A DNA stretch of 64,000 nucleotides from a virus. Taxonomy: Duplodnaviria; Caudoviricetes. Below, piece by piece: positions 11,981-22,188 of the stretch (positions within the stretch are counted from its first letter, which is position 1; the number at the start of each line of letters is the position of its first letter). Under the pieces are notes generated by a model. That model worked only from the letters and a program-made list of their open reading frames with translations. It made no database searches and was not told where the DNA came from. A program made the position numbers and the translations under genes. The stretch is from the IMG/VR virus record IMGVR_UViG_3300035497_000258, positions 1-64,000 of that record; one strand, written 5' to 3'.

Positions 11981-12468
11981 GATATGCAGGAATTATACGA
12001 AATGACATAGCCTCAGCCCCAGGTATATGTTTAACTTATTTCGCTCAGGGATGTAAATCCAGATGTAAAGGATGCCATAATCCAGAAACTTGGTGCTTTA
12101 ACGAAGGTAAGGAATTTACTCAAGAGACACTTAATTCTATCATATCTGGGCTTACTGCTAATGGCATATCTCGCTCATTAGCGATTCAAGGCGGAGAACC
12201 GCTTTGTGAAGAAAATCAGTTCCTTACAAACCTCATTATAACAGAAGTAAGAAAAGTGTATCCAGATATAAAAATATATTTATGGACTGGATATTTATAT
12301 GAAGATTTATTAAATAACTTAACCACACATCTAAGACATATCTTATCTAATATAGATTATCTAATAGATGGACCTTATATTGAAGAACAACGAGATCTTA
12401 CTCTTTGGATGCGTGGTTCTCGTAATCAAAAAATTTACGACTTAAAACATCAGGAGAAGAAAGAATGA
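11977..12468 (+). CDS. nrdG: anaerobic RNR activating radical-SAM enzyme
   Basis: CKSRCKGCHN (CxxxCxxC), GGEP, DGPY, RGSRNQ; directly follows nrdD. Confidence 0.93.
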   Translation: MRYAGIIRNDIASAPGICLTYFAQGCKSRCKGCHNPETWCFNEGKEFTQETLNSIISGLTANGISRSLAIQGGEPLCEENQFLTNLIITEVRKVYPDIKIYLWTGYLYEDLLNNLTTHLRHILSNIDYLIDGPYIEEQRDLTLWMRGSRNQKIYDLKHQEKKE

Positions 12469-12812
12469 CATTATACGAATTTAATCAAGCTGGATATAGT
12501 AAAATGCCTAATTACACAGAAGAAGATATTCATAAAGCTATTTTGCGGGTTTCCAAGTTCTTATCCTCCCATGATTCTAAGTATTATATGTTTTTAAACC
12601 ATGATGAAAGATATTTTACTCTCTTTACATATAAAGAGGAATATCATCGCTATAGAAAGATGGCGGAAGAGATTCTCACACTTGCGCAGGAACTAGGTCC
12701 TATCAAAGAAATCTCCGTAGAAGATGATAGAATTGAATTCTGGGTAGGAGAAGGCGATGATTGTAAAATGTATCTATTCTTTGATTACTTCCAAGGAGTG
12801 ATTGAGATTTGA
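12465..12812 (+). CDS. hypothetical protein
   Basis: 115-aa ORF coupled to nrdG (ATGA overlap), RBS AGGAG. Confidence 0.7.
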   Translation: MTLYEFNQAGYSKMPNYTEEDIHKAILRVSKFLSSHDSKYYMFLNHDERYFTLFTYKEEYHRYRKMAEEILTLAQELGPIKEISVEDDRIEFWVGEGDDCKMYLFFDYFQGVIEI

Positions 12813-13045
12813 AAGAAGCTATTATATTTTATGAAGAATTTACTTGGGTTTCGCAAATAAGAATATTTAAAAATAATGAAATAATCGCAAAAGAATTTAT
12901 TAGATGTGAGCCAGAAGAAGTTGTAAAATATTGCTATGAGAATGGCATTACTAGACTAACTGTTCATGCACCAGATTATATTAAAAATTCTCTGGTTACA
13001 TCTATTGCAAACGCAGATTATAATAAAGAAATTGAGGTAAGATAA
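12809..13045 (+). CDS. hypothetical protein
   Basis: TTG start after AAGGAG, overlaps neighbours in the operon. Confidence 0.6.
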   Translation: MKEAIIFYEEFTWVSQIRIFKNNEIIAKEFIRCEPEEVVKYCYENGITRLTVHAPDYIKNSLVTSIANADYNKEIEVR

Positions 13046-13293
13046 TGAAATACTTGATTGAAGTTACTGAAATCTATAGAGTTGATAGTGAGAATGAAGT
13101 TGAGAATCTAATTAATGAAGCAAAACAGAGTAATATGTACACCCTTTCTAAGTATAATTGTGTTAGTAGAGAACAGAAAGCAAAAGGCGAAGTAATTGAT
13201 TCTTGGTATAAGGTTTCTCTTACTAAGAAGTTTACTGAGGAAAAAGATCCTAGCACGCAAGTTGATATTGAGTATAACGGGGAGGATTATTAA
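13045..13293 (+). CDS. hypothetical protein
   Basis: TAATG coupling, RBS GAGG. Confidence 0.7.
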   Translation: MKYLIEVTEIYRVDSENEVENLINEAKQSNMYTLSKYNCVSREQKAKGEVIDSWYKVSLTKKFTEEKDPSTQVDIEYNGEDY

Positions 13294-13829
13294 TGGTTTT
13301 TCAGAAGGTTTCAAGATTTACTGAGGTAGATATGCCGCGCCGGTCAACTGCGGAATCCGCAGGTTATGATTTCTTCGCAGCAGAGGATACTATTATTCCT
13401 TCTTTTGTTTCTCAATTCGATACTTTAAGAAAATATACGCATGACCAAGGAAAGCCTTATGAGCCTCTTACTCTTGATGAAATTGCAGAATTTACTAAAA
13501 ATTCCGATACTCGTTTTACTCTTGTTTCTACTGGAGTGAAATGTCAAATGCCTAGTAACGTACATCTCAAGCTGTTTTCCCGCAGTTCAGTGCCTTTGAA
13601 GAATTGGCTAGTGCTTGCAAATGGAGTCGGGATTGTGGATGCAGACTACTTCGGTAATAACGATAATGAGGGCGAAGTGTTCTTTCAATTCATAAACCTC
13701 GGTCCTAATCCTATTCTTATCAAGAAAGGTGATAAAATCGGACAAGGTATTTTTGAAAAATATCTAGTTACAGAAACAGATGAAACAACAGAAAAGAGAA
13801 CTGGAGGATTCGGCTCTAGTGGGAAGTAA
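13293..13829 (+). CDS. dut: trimeric dUTPase
   Basis: SAGYD, RSS, GIVDADY, GDKIGQ, RTGGFGSSG motifs. Confidence 0.93.
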   Translation: MVFQKVSRFTEVDMPRRSTAESAGYDFFAAEDTIIPSFVSQFDTLRKYTHDQGKPYEPLTLDEIAEFTKNSDTRFTLVSTGVKCQMPSNVHLKLFSRSSVPLKNWLVLANGVGIVDADYFGNNDNEGEVFFQFINLGPNPILIKKGDKIGQGIFEKYLVTETDETTEKRTGGFGSSGK

Positions 13830-14313
13830 TTTGTTATTAGCTTTAGATCAAAGCACTAAGATAACTGGATATGCAGTATTTAATGGTTAGGAACTAATCG
13901 CTCATGGTCATGTAACTTTTAGTGGAAGCGATTATATAAATAGAATTGTTTAGCTGCGGCAGTGGCTTAATGGCATTATCGACTCTGTAGATGGAAGCAT
14001 CTAGGTAGCTTTAGAAGATATTTAGCTTTAGGATGCTAAAGGAACTGGAGTTACTGGGCTTCCTACTTACAAGAAACTTGCGCACGTGCAGGGAGCTTTA
14101 ATGACTTTACTAGAAGAAAAAAGAATTTCTTACTAGTTGGTCTTAGCTTCCTCGTGGAAAAGTACGTGTGGAGTTAAAGGTAAAAGACGAGAAGAATAGA
14201 AGAAAAATGCTTAGTTATATGTTAAAAATACGTATGGCTTTGACCCTACTTCTGATGAAGCCGATGCGATTTGTTTAGGGCTTCATGTATTAAAGCACGA
14301 TTGGTCGAATTAA
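13819..14313 (+). CDS. RuvC-like Holliday junction resolvase (8 in-frame TAG=Gln; absent from ORF track)
   Basis: LLALDQSTKITGYAVF...VALEDI...SSWKS...SDEADAICLG; GTG start, ends TAA. Confidence 0.85.
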
Positions 14314-14373
14314 TTTAAATTAAACTAGAAATTTTTTATAAAAGATAGGGTTATTTGAAAAGAGGGAAAGAAG

Positions 14374-14832
14374 ATGTTGGAATTTATTATCAAATACTGG
14401 CTCTAGTTCCTGTTTGGAATAATCACCGCCGGCGCGACTTGTGCGGCTAGATTCTTTTATAAAATGTATAAAGATGAAAAAGCAAGACAAACTGCCGATG
14501 GTAGAGCCTCTATCTCAAAAGAAATAACTGACGCGATAGGTGCCGCAGTACAAGATGTTCGCTATAATTCTAGCGTAGAGGATGAAAAATTAAAAGAAAA
14601 TATCATTTGTATTTAGAATAAATTAAATGTTCTGAAACACGCCATTCTTATTTTATATAGGGAGCCTTTTGAAAAAATGTGCGAAGAAGCATTAAAGAAA
14701 GACCATGAAATTACTCTTGCAGAATTTTAGGAACTTTCTCATGAGCATGACATTTATAAATCTTTAGATGGAAATTCTAACGGAGATACTTTGTATCATT
14801 TAATTGAACAAAAATATCAAAATAGCCTATAA
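14374..14832 (+). CDS. membrane protein, putative holin/lysis-associated (3 TAG=Gln)
   Basis: N-terminal hydrophobic helix, coiled coil, C-terminal YKSLDGNSNG motif; open only with TAG read-through. Confidence 0.6.
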
Positions 14833-14872
14833 AAGAAAAAAGGGGAGCATAAAGCTCCCCTTTAATTTTTTA
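14833..14872. terminator. bidirectional intrinsic terminator
   Basis: AAAAGGGGAGC-ATAAA-GCTCCCCTTT between convergent genes. Confidence 0.85.
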
Positions 14873-15052
14873 CATCGTGGTATCTTTCTCTTCTAATTCC
14901 TTTACCTTATGATGATAATAACATACCTCTTCTAAATCTTTTATCATATCAATAACTTCGCCTAATTCCTCGGCGGATACTTGCTCTGGATGCCCCATTT
15001 GCTCCATAACTTGGTCAATAAGACATTCTTTAATCATTTTAATTCTGTGCAT
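14870..15052 (-). CDS. small hypothetical protein (last gene of 5-gene cluster)
   Basis: 60 aa, ELGEVIDMIKDL motif. Confidence 0.7.
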   Translation of the reverse strand: MHRIKMIKECLIDQVMEQMGHPEQVSAEELGEVIDMIKDLEEVCYYHHKVKELEEKDTTM

Positions 15053-15053
15053 A

Positions 15054-15476
15054 TCACGCCACTCTTTCTACTATTAAATTAGCATTTTGAACTGAAATCG
15101 TCTGTGCGGTTGTATTGCGGATAGTTACCTAAGAGCAACAACCTTTAGGGACATCAATGAAAATACTTGCGGAAATGTTGTTATATAGATTCACCGCACC
15201 AGGAGTAGAAATCATAGTAGATGAAGCTACAGGTTCACCGTCTATAGCTATCGTCAGTGAGATAGGGCCAGCAGTGCCAGTGGTGGGAACCGCTACATTC
15301 CCGCCAAAAAGCACTCTATATCTAGCCCTACTTTGGCCATTAGTTAAACCACGCAAATTAACTAGACCACTTCCACTTCTGTGCATTATTGAACAATTAC
15401 CTTCAATTGCGGTATTAAGGAATAATACATCTTGGTTAGCTGCCACGCTCTGAGCTGCTACACTTGTCAGTTCCAT
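15054..15476 (-). CDS. beta-rich protein, BclA-C/spore-coat-like (1 TAG)
   Basis: track ORF 15129-15476 extends through TAG to TGA at 15054; RBS AGGAGG. Confidence 0.65.
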
Positions 15477-15491
15477 TGTATTACCTCCTTA

Positions 15492-16232
15492 TTAGGCGCA
15501 ACCACAGCTGCATCCATTAGAGCCGAAAGGCACTGCATTACCGAGAGGAAAAGCAGAATAGGGAGAGGCGGTTAAGTATGCAGGCTGAGGTGTAGGCCGC
15601 AGCTGGTCAACGAGATATGCGTTCTGCGAGCACTGGGATAACTGGAAACGTGCGCTCTGCAGCTCTGAATCCTTCTCGGCCATGCGATCCCGCAGATTCT
15701 GCATATTAGTTTCCTGAATGAGCGCGCGAGTCCGTTCACCTTCACCATGAATCGCGTTTGTAATATCACAAGTATTACGATATGCTTCTGCTTTAACGCT
15801 GTCGATACTACGCTGTGTGGTGCAACAACAATCCTGCATTGCATAGCGAGTATCAGCGATATTAGCATTAACTGCATCAAAGCCCTAAGCAACAGAGCTA
15901 AATCCGGTACATAAATCACGCTGAACGTTGCCAAAGCTATTAAGTAAAGTTGTATTCTGAGAATAGAAACCATCACATAAACCTTGCTGGATACCACGGA
16001 CACCATTCTCGACCTGCTAGAAATTCATATCCTGGGCTAACTCACCACGAGTTAAAGCGCCCTGACTAGAGGCATTGTTATTACCCCAGCCACCGTTGCC
16101 GTTGCCCCAGCCCATAAACATGAACAGGAATAAGATAATGATTAACCAAGCACCATCGCCATTTCCCCAGCTACCATTGTTTCTACCAGAAGCAGCAGCA
16201 ATATCAGACAGACTATAATCGTTATTAAACAT
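15492..16232 (-). CDS. Gly/Asn-rich membrane plus coiled-coil protein with Cys-rich tail, spore-coat-like (2 TAG)
   Basis: track ORFs 16017-16232 and 15492-15839 fuse in frame; WLIIILFLFMFMGWG, DCCC, GCSCG. Confidence 0.75.
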
Positions 16233-16259
16233 TTTTAAATCTCCTTTAATATTTTAATA

Positions 16260-16490
16260 TTAAAGGCCAAATTGCTATTTAAAAGCAGCAAACTCCTAAT
16301 CAAAATTTCCACCTTTTGATGCTACCATATTTCGAGCAATTTGTTCTATAGAAGCAGAATCTCCCTACTTGGCCAGAGAAAGTAGATTCTACATAATAGG
16401 ATTCCCCTGGGAATATTGCTCTAACATACTAAAAACCATCTATTGCGGATTACCATTCCTTAGAATATTTGCAATTTGGAAAGGATTCAT
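16260..16490 (-). CDS. small hypothetical protein (5 TAG)
   Basis: MNPFQIANILRNGNPQQMV...; RBS AGGAGG; ends TAA. Confidence 0.7.
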
Positions 16491-16503
16491 TACGTTACCT
16501 CCT

Positions 16504-16908
16504 TTAGAATTTTATTTGCGGGGACTCCTGTTTAGGAGTTCCCTTTTTCTCGTTTAGAGAAGCTTTTATCTCAGCAAGAGCAGAATCAAATTCATCCTTA
16601 GTAACATATTGTGCTGTAGCTTCGATGGGCATTGCCTTTAACTCATAGATATTTAGCGTAGAAGTTCCATCTAAATTAATTTGTTTTGTATATATCTTCT
16701 TATTTGCTAAATCAGGGAAAAAGAAAATTGAACCATCGAAATCTATTGAAGTTGCTCTCACCTCATCAATAGAAGAAACAGGGCGTCCTTTAATTCCAAC
16801 TTGCGGGATCTAGGTCTATTCTCCGTAGGGCTATGGCCGATAATACTGCGGTTGCGGTTGCTATTGTGCGCCATATACCTAGCTTGAATAGTATGGATAA
16901 GTTGCCAA
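16504..16908 (-). CDS. hypothetical protein with Q/P/Y-rich N-terminus (5 TAG)
   Basis: TTG start after AAGGAG; in frame with track ORF 16504-16761. Confidence 0.7.
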
Positions 16909-17027
16909 AAGTTATTCACTCCTTTTATATTAGTTTCTTTGGCCTTCACTAATATATAAAAATTTGGGAAATTCACTTAATCAAACTTGTCAGAATTTTT
17001 GTAAAAAAGATTCCCAGTTCTCGGGCA

Positions 17028-17069
17028 AAAAAAATAAGGGGCAAGAACTATTACGTCCTTGCCCCTAAA
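17028..17069 (-). terminator. intrinsic terminator
   Basis: GGGGCAAG...CTTGCCCC stem followed by T-run on minus strand. Confidence 0.75.
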
Positions 17070-17073
17070 GGTA

Positions 17074-17277
17074 TTACTTAAATAAATCGGCTAAAGTCTT
17101 ATCCTTAGCATGAATATATTTTCTCTGAATTGCGTTCCACTCGTCCATTTCTTTAGAGTAATTAGTCCAGCCTTGCTCGACTGCATACATCTTAGAAGCG
17201 ACACCGACATCAACGCTGCGCTCTTCTGCGACTGCCTTGATAGCCATACGATTTTCATAGAATCTATTATCCATCAT
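17074..17277 (-). CDS. small hypothetical protein
   Basis: 67 aa, RBS AAGGAAG, TAG-free. Confidence 0.7.
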   Translation of the reverse strand: MMDNRFYENRMAIKAVAEERSVDVGVASKMYAVEQGWTNYSKEMDEWNAIQRKYIHAKDKTLADLFK

Positions 17278-17318
17278 ACAACTTCCTTTCCTTAATATTA
17301 AAAAATTAGTTATATGAC

Positions 17319-17951
17319 TTAAATATTCTAGTCCTCGTAGCTTAATTCTATCTCGAGAATTTCTGCTATAGACTGTGCAGAATAAATCTTAGTTTTAAGC
17401 TGCTGCATCTTATGGTAGTAAGGATACACAAAACTAGAGATTGCTGCACTTAAACGAGATAAATCTTCATAAGACCAGGTTGTATTCTCTTCGTGGATGG
17501 CATGCCACTCAAGGATAGGTGCTTCCGCACCCGCATCAACCATAGCCTTATACTATGATAAGTTTAAGCTGATTTCAGACTGGTCATTAGCTGTAACCCC
17601 ATAGCTTTTACCGTCCGAGAAAACTAATGCCTATGAATCTAGGAATTCCGCGAATTTCTCTCTATTTTCCTTTTGTTTCTCAGTTTGAATATCTCCAATG
17701 CTTTTACGTAAAATACATTCTCCATTGTCATACGCATAGACATTAGGGATAAAATCTTCAATAGGCTCGTTTGTTTCGTAGACAGAAACCGAGTCTAAAG
17801 AATAAAAAGTATCACAATCTGAACCAATAACACCTGTTGCTTCCTCCTCCGCACAACTAATTAAAAGTGCGGGTTCAGTCTGCCATTTAACCCATCTAGG
17901 TTCAGAAATCATATCTACGATTAAATTATTTTTATTTACATATATAAACAT
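17319..17951 (-). CDS. tail-fibre-assembly/DUF4376-like protein (TAG read-through)
   Basis: track ORFs 17631-17951 and 17328-17543 are in frame; ends TAA 17319. Confidence 0.6.
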
Positions 17952-19135
17952 AAGTCTACCCCTTTGAATAAAGATTTGAAATAATTATCCATTCGCTAGA
18001 CTAAATAAAAAGTATTACCTTTACTTATATGCGCTCGCCAGCTTAAGTAAGACTATACAATATTCTCAGTAGTAGTTTCACCGCTTAACCAAAGTTTCTA
18101 CTACCGCCGCATCTTTCTGCGCTATTTGGCTATTTTCTCTTTAAAAGGAAGTTGTATAAGACCATTGTCTTTCGTTAGCCAAAAATTCCATTTTAAATAC
18201 TTAAAAGGCTGTTGGCGTTTTCCGGGTTTAATCTACATTATAGTAGTTTTCTTACGATTCAATTTAAGGCCCTAGCTAACGAGCTTTTGCTCGATCTTAA
18301 GCACGCATTCCCACAGATATTCTTTATCATTTCCAAAGAAATAAATATCATCCATATATCTGCCGTAGTATTTAAGATGCAGCTGCTCTTTAGCATAATG
18401 ATCTACTTCGTTAAGTGCTAATAATGCTAAAAGCTAAGAAGCCTAACTTCCTAGTCCTAGACTTGTAGGTTTATATTCATAATACGTCTTACCAGGCTTA
18501 AAGTATTCTACTTTTACAGGTCTATAGCCATATTGTCCTTTAACTATATAATACTATTTATCTGACTAAGGCGTATTATCTGTTGTGGGTGAATAACAAA
18601 AAGTGTCGATAATATATTCTACAAGCTCGCTTATCTGTGGCTATTGAACGTATTTCCGCACTACTGATTTAAGATATTCATGGTCTATTGAATCGAAATA
18701 CTTTTTAATATCTAGCCTAACCGCATAAAAATTCTCACCAAGACCAAAGTCCTAGTGAGCTTTCTATAAATGTATTCTAACTCGCTTTAAGGCAAAGTCA
18801 ATTCCTTTGTCTTTCAATGTAGCGCAATTATCATATATCAATTTAGGAGTAAGCTATGGTAAAAGAAATGTTTCACAAAGAGCATTTTGAAGCATCCTAT
18901 CATAAATATAACAGGCTCTTATATCTCGCTTCTTACCTCTTTCAACTATTGAAAAACAATTAAATACCATCTACTAGTATTCATTATTCTTCAATTCTTC
19001 TTCTAAGCGTAAAACGTTATTTAATCTATTCTCTTCAAAATTAATAGTACTACCTTTCCATCTTACGTTTCTGCAAACTTTGTATGAAGCATCATATAGA
19101 GCTTCACGACTACAACTAATCTAGGAGTCCTACAC
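17936..19135 (-). CDS. DGR reverse transcriptase (399 aa, ~19 TAG=Gln; absent from ORF track)
   Basis: ERGKKRDI, DRMLQNAL, LDIKKYFDSIDH, LGLGSQASQ, YYGRYMDD, LNRKKT motifs; GTG start after AAGGAGGA. Confidence 0.92.
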
Positions 19136-19412
19136 GGGCCATCCTCCTTGAAAAAATTTTATCAGCTAGTTCTAGTTAGACTTCTCAATGTGGAACTAAC
19201 ATCTAGCTTCGTAATTTGCCCTTACGGGACTGGATAAACCTTCCTTAGATGAAATACACTTTTTTAATAATATTTTTCTCTTTTATAAAACAATAATATA
19301 ACATAATAACATTAGATTACTACTCACCTAGATAGACGCTTCTGCGTCTCTCTTCTAATCGTTGTTAGTCACGGCCTAAGTCGGCCGCGCCTAACGACAA
19401 GGCTTTCATCTA

Positions 19413-19533
19413 ATCCGGCGCGAGGTAGGCGCCATTGTTGTAGTTGTTGTTGTTCGCATTACCACTAGAGTTGACATTGCAGACATTGTTCGAGTTGTTG
19501 TAGTTTCGCGAACGAAGCCACCAATTGCTGGCA
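19413..19533 (-). repeat. DGR template repeat (TR)
   Basis: 121-nt AAC-rich copy of 20220-20340; all 18 differences are at TR adenines. Confidence 0.95.
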
Positions 19534-19537
19534 AGAA

Positions 19538-19984
19538 TTAACAAGGTTTACCCCTGAAAGAGCGTTGATGTTCTTCGATGCTTAACTTGCAAGCCCTCGC
19601 TAAATCTGCAAGATACCAATAAGAGTTGCGTTTCTTCTCACTTTGAACAACAAAAATACACAAATCTAATTCTCTTAAAATAGAATCGCAATAACCTATT
19701 GCCGCATCAAAAAATTTATTTACTTTATCTAAATCTTCCTTAGTCCTAACTTCTATCTCGCTAGCTGCAAAACAATTACCATGGACTCGTTTTGCACTAT
19801 CTAAAATACTAGCCCCAAAAGCTGAGTATAGATATTGACTGCCCAGTGCACCAGGACTATTATACTTTCCATTCGCCTTCTGTTTAGAAGGTCTAGTCAA
19901 TACTAATACTTGTAAAACTAACTTTCTAGCATCATTAAGATAAGCAACTTTAGATAAATGTCTATCAGCTGTCTTTACTGACAT
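19538..19984 (-). CDS. avd: DGR accessory variability determinant (Avd-like four-helix protein)
   Basis: 148-aa helical basic ORF directly upstream of TR and RT; MSVKTADR..SK start typical of Avd-like proteins; no TAG. Confidence 0.75.
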   Translation of the reverse strand: MSVKTADRHLSKVAYLNDARKLVLQVLVLTRPSKQKANGKYNSPGALGSQYLYSAFGASILDSAKRVHGNCFAASEIEVRTKEDLDKVNKFFDAAIGYCDSILRELDLCIFVVQSEKKRNSYWYLADLARACKLSIEEHQRSFRGKPC

Positions 19985-20096
19985 ATTTATCCTCCTTCGA
20001 TATAATCAATTTAAGAAAATGAGAGGAAAAATATTATCTTCCTATTGAAGTAAATAAAAAAGAACTGGAAGTTTTTTCTTCTCATTTTCTGTTAAT

Positions 20097-20125
20097 ATTA
20101 TACCAAATTATTTTCAATATATCAA
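20097..20125 (-). promoter_or_regulatory. sigma-A-type promoter for avd-TR-RT
   Basis: TTGATA-17-TATAAT on minus strand. Confidence 0.7.
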
Positions 20126-20204
20126 GTAAAGTTCTCTCACTACTATATAAAAATTTAATTAATTCATCTAAACTTTTTTGTCCAGATTTTGTTAAAAAGA
20201 ACTT

Positions 20205-21221
20205 TTAACCAATGCAGAAAACCGGCGCGAGGTAGGCGCCAGCGTTGTAGACGTTGCCGTACGCACCACCACTAGAGCCGACATAGCAGACATTGGTCGA
20301 GTAGTTGTAGTGTCGCGAACGAAGCCACCAACCGCTGGCAGAGCCGCTGCTTTCTCCACTACTAGTTCCAATATATTTAATTCTACTAGAATTGTCAGAA
20401 TATTTAGAATAATTAAAAGATTTTCCACTAGTACATTCTGCATTAGAAGTAGTCCAGTTAGATTTTTTAAGTGAAGAATAAGAATCTAAATTCACTTCTC
20501 CTTCAGAAGGAATCCACACTGTTTCTGTAGCATAGGTAGCAGTACCATTCTAGCCACTTGTTTGCGTTAAACAAGTTCCTTTACTTAAAGATTTAATATA
20601 GCTTTTAGCATCACAATAAGAATAGAAATTACTACATTGAGTTTTAGCCGTACTATTTGTCCAAACTGCAGAAGAGCCAAAAACAGTAGTAGTAGGTAAT
20701 AAGTATTTAGACTAAAAAGTCAAAGTACCAGTTGCATCCTAATCTATTCCAATAACTTCCATTGTTGCACTAGATGCTCCTAAAACAGCAGTAGAAAGAG
20801 TAGTAACTTTAGTATTACCAATAGCCACTACTGAATTAAACTAAGTAGAAGTAATTGTGCCGTCTGCTCTTGCTTTACATAAATTTTGAACTTCTTCCCA
20901 AGAAGCACTATCCCAAGTAAAAGTTAAAGAAGATGTTACTTCTACTGAAATTGTAGCTGTTTTACTAGTGGTACTTTCTTTTACGGTAATAGAAGCAGAA
21001 CCTACCGTGCTTCCTTTTGTGATTGTAATTGTTGTACCACTAATAGAGACAGTAGCTACACTAGTATTAGATGAACTTACTGTAAATGAACTATTACTAT
21101 TTAATTTATTAATAGTAACAGTTGTACTATTAATATATGGACCTAATTCAACTTCATACTCACTTAAAGTAAAATAGCTAGGATTGACACCTTTACTTAT
21201 TAAAATTGCATTAACACTCAT
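20205..21221 (-). CDS. DGR target protein: Ig-like domain plus C-terminal CLec/DUF6273-like variable domain (338 aa, TAG read-through)
   Basis: SSSNTSVATVS Ig-like motif; WWLRS...LAPVFCIG C-terminus carries the VR; track ORFs fuse in frame. Confidence 0.88.
20220..20340 (-). repeat. DGR variable repeat (VR)
   Basis: matches TR except at A positions; lies at the 3' end of the target gene. Confidence 0.95.
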
Positions 21222-21224
21222 TTA

Positions 21225-21581
21225 TTAATCTCCTTTTAAGATTTTTTTAAGGAGATTCTTAAGATAGTAAACAGGGGCCTAGAGTAACCATTCATTCCAC
21301 TACCATCCCCAAGGTGAATTAGAACCATAATCTAACCAATAATCACTGCGGTCGGGCGGGTCTAATGGCAGTAATTGATCTAGTATATCGGCTCTTTCAA
21401 TCGATTCTTGGTTATTGGGGACGAAATTCTTCCCTATTTGGCTATCTTTATTGCAAAAAGGGATGCCTTGATAGCTGATAGTTCCGGTGTGTTCGTCTAG
21501 ATCACAAATTGCGCCTTGGTAAAATTTTACAAAACCACCAAATCCTGTTATCCGCAGTCCTTTTCTAGCGTACATTTCCAT
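21225..21581 (-). CDS. hypothetical protein (2 TAG)
   Basis: ATG after AAGGAGG; open to TAA 21225 with read-through. Confidence 0.65.
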
Positions 21582-21761
21582 AGTAAACCTCCTTATAGGC
21601 AAAAAAAATATAGGAAAAGACAAGTAGCCTTTCCCCGTATAAGACATCTTGCCTTTTATATCATATTTAAAAATTTAATAAATTCTCTTAAACACAATTG
21701 TCCAAGTCTAATTACTTAAATTTCTCAATAAGTTTTTTTAAATATAATGAGGTGATTTAAA

Positions 21762-22145
21762 GTGTTAGAATTATTACAACAAATATTCTAGACTTGTGTT
21801 ATTCCTTTACTAGGTATTCTTACTGCTTATATCGTTAAGCTTATTAAAACCAAAAGCGAAGAAATAAGCAGCAATACAACTAACGCAACCGCACAAAAGT
21901 ATATTGACATGATTACAGAAACTGCCTAGATGTGTGTTATAACCACTAATCAAACTTACGTTAATTCTCTTAAAGCCGAGGATAAATTCGATGCTGAAGC
22001 TCAGAAAACTGCGTTTAAATTAACTTATGATGCTATCATAGCTACATTAAGTGATGAAACTAAGAAATATATTACCGAAACTTCTGGAGATCTAACAGTC
22101 TATTTAACCCAAGTAATCGAGTCACAAGTAAACTAGAATAAATAA
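21762..22145 (+). CDS. putative holin, LL-H-like (3 TAG)
   Basis: N-terminal TM helix VIPLLGILTAYIV, TNQTYVNSLK, IESQV; GTG after GAGGTG. Confidence 0.7.
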
Positions 22146-22146
22146 A

Positions 22147-22188
22147 GAAAAGCCCCTAGGATTAATTTCCTAGGGGCTTATTTTTTTA
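22147..22188. terminator. bidirectional intrinsic terminator
   Basis: AAGCCCCTAGGA-loop-TCCTAGGGGCTT flanked by A/T runs between convergent genes. Confidence 0.88.

Noticed and set aside
219-13314. Short minus-strand and alternate-frame track ORFs (e.g. 4094-4408, 7789-8187, 1947-2177)
   Set aside because: Shadow ORFs overlapping well-supported genes, with no RBS or motifs
17936-19135. RT as a group II intron or retron RT
   Set aside because: Has the DGR-type LGxxxSQ motif, no maturase/endonuclease extension, and a linked TR/VR
19413-20340. TR/VR pair as a CRISPR array or simple duplication
   Set aside because: Only two copies, mismatches confined to adenines, adjacent RT and Avd; no repeat-spacer array seen anywhere in the window
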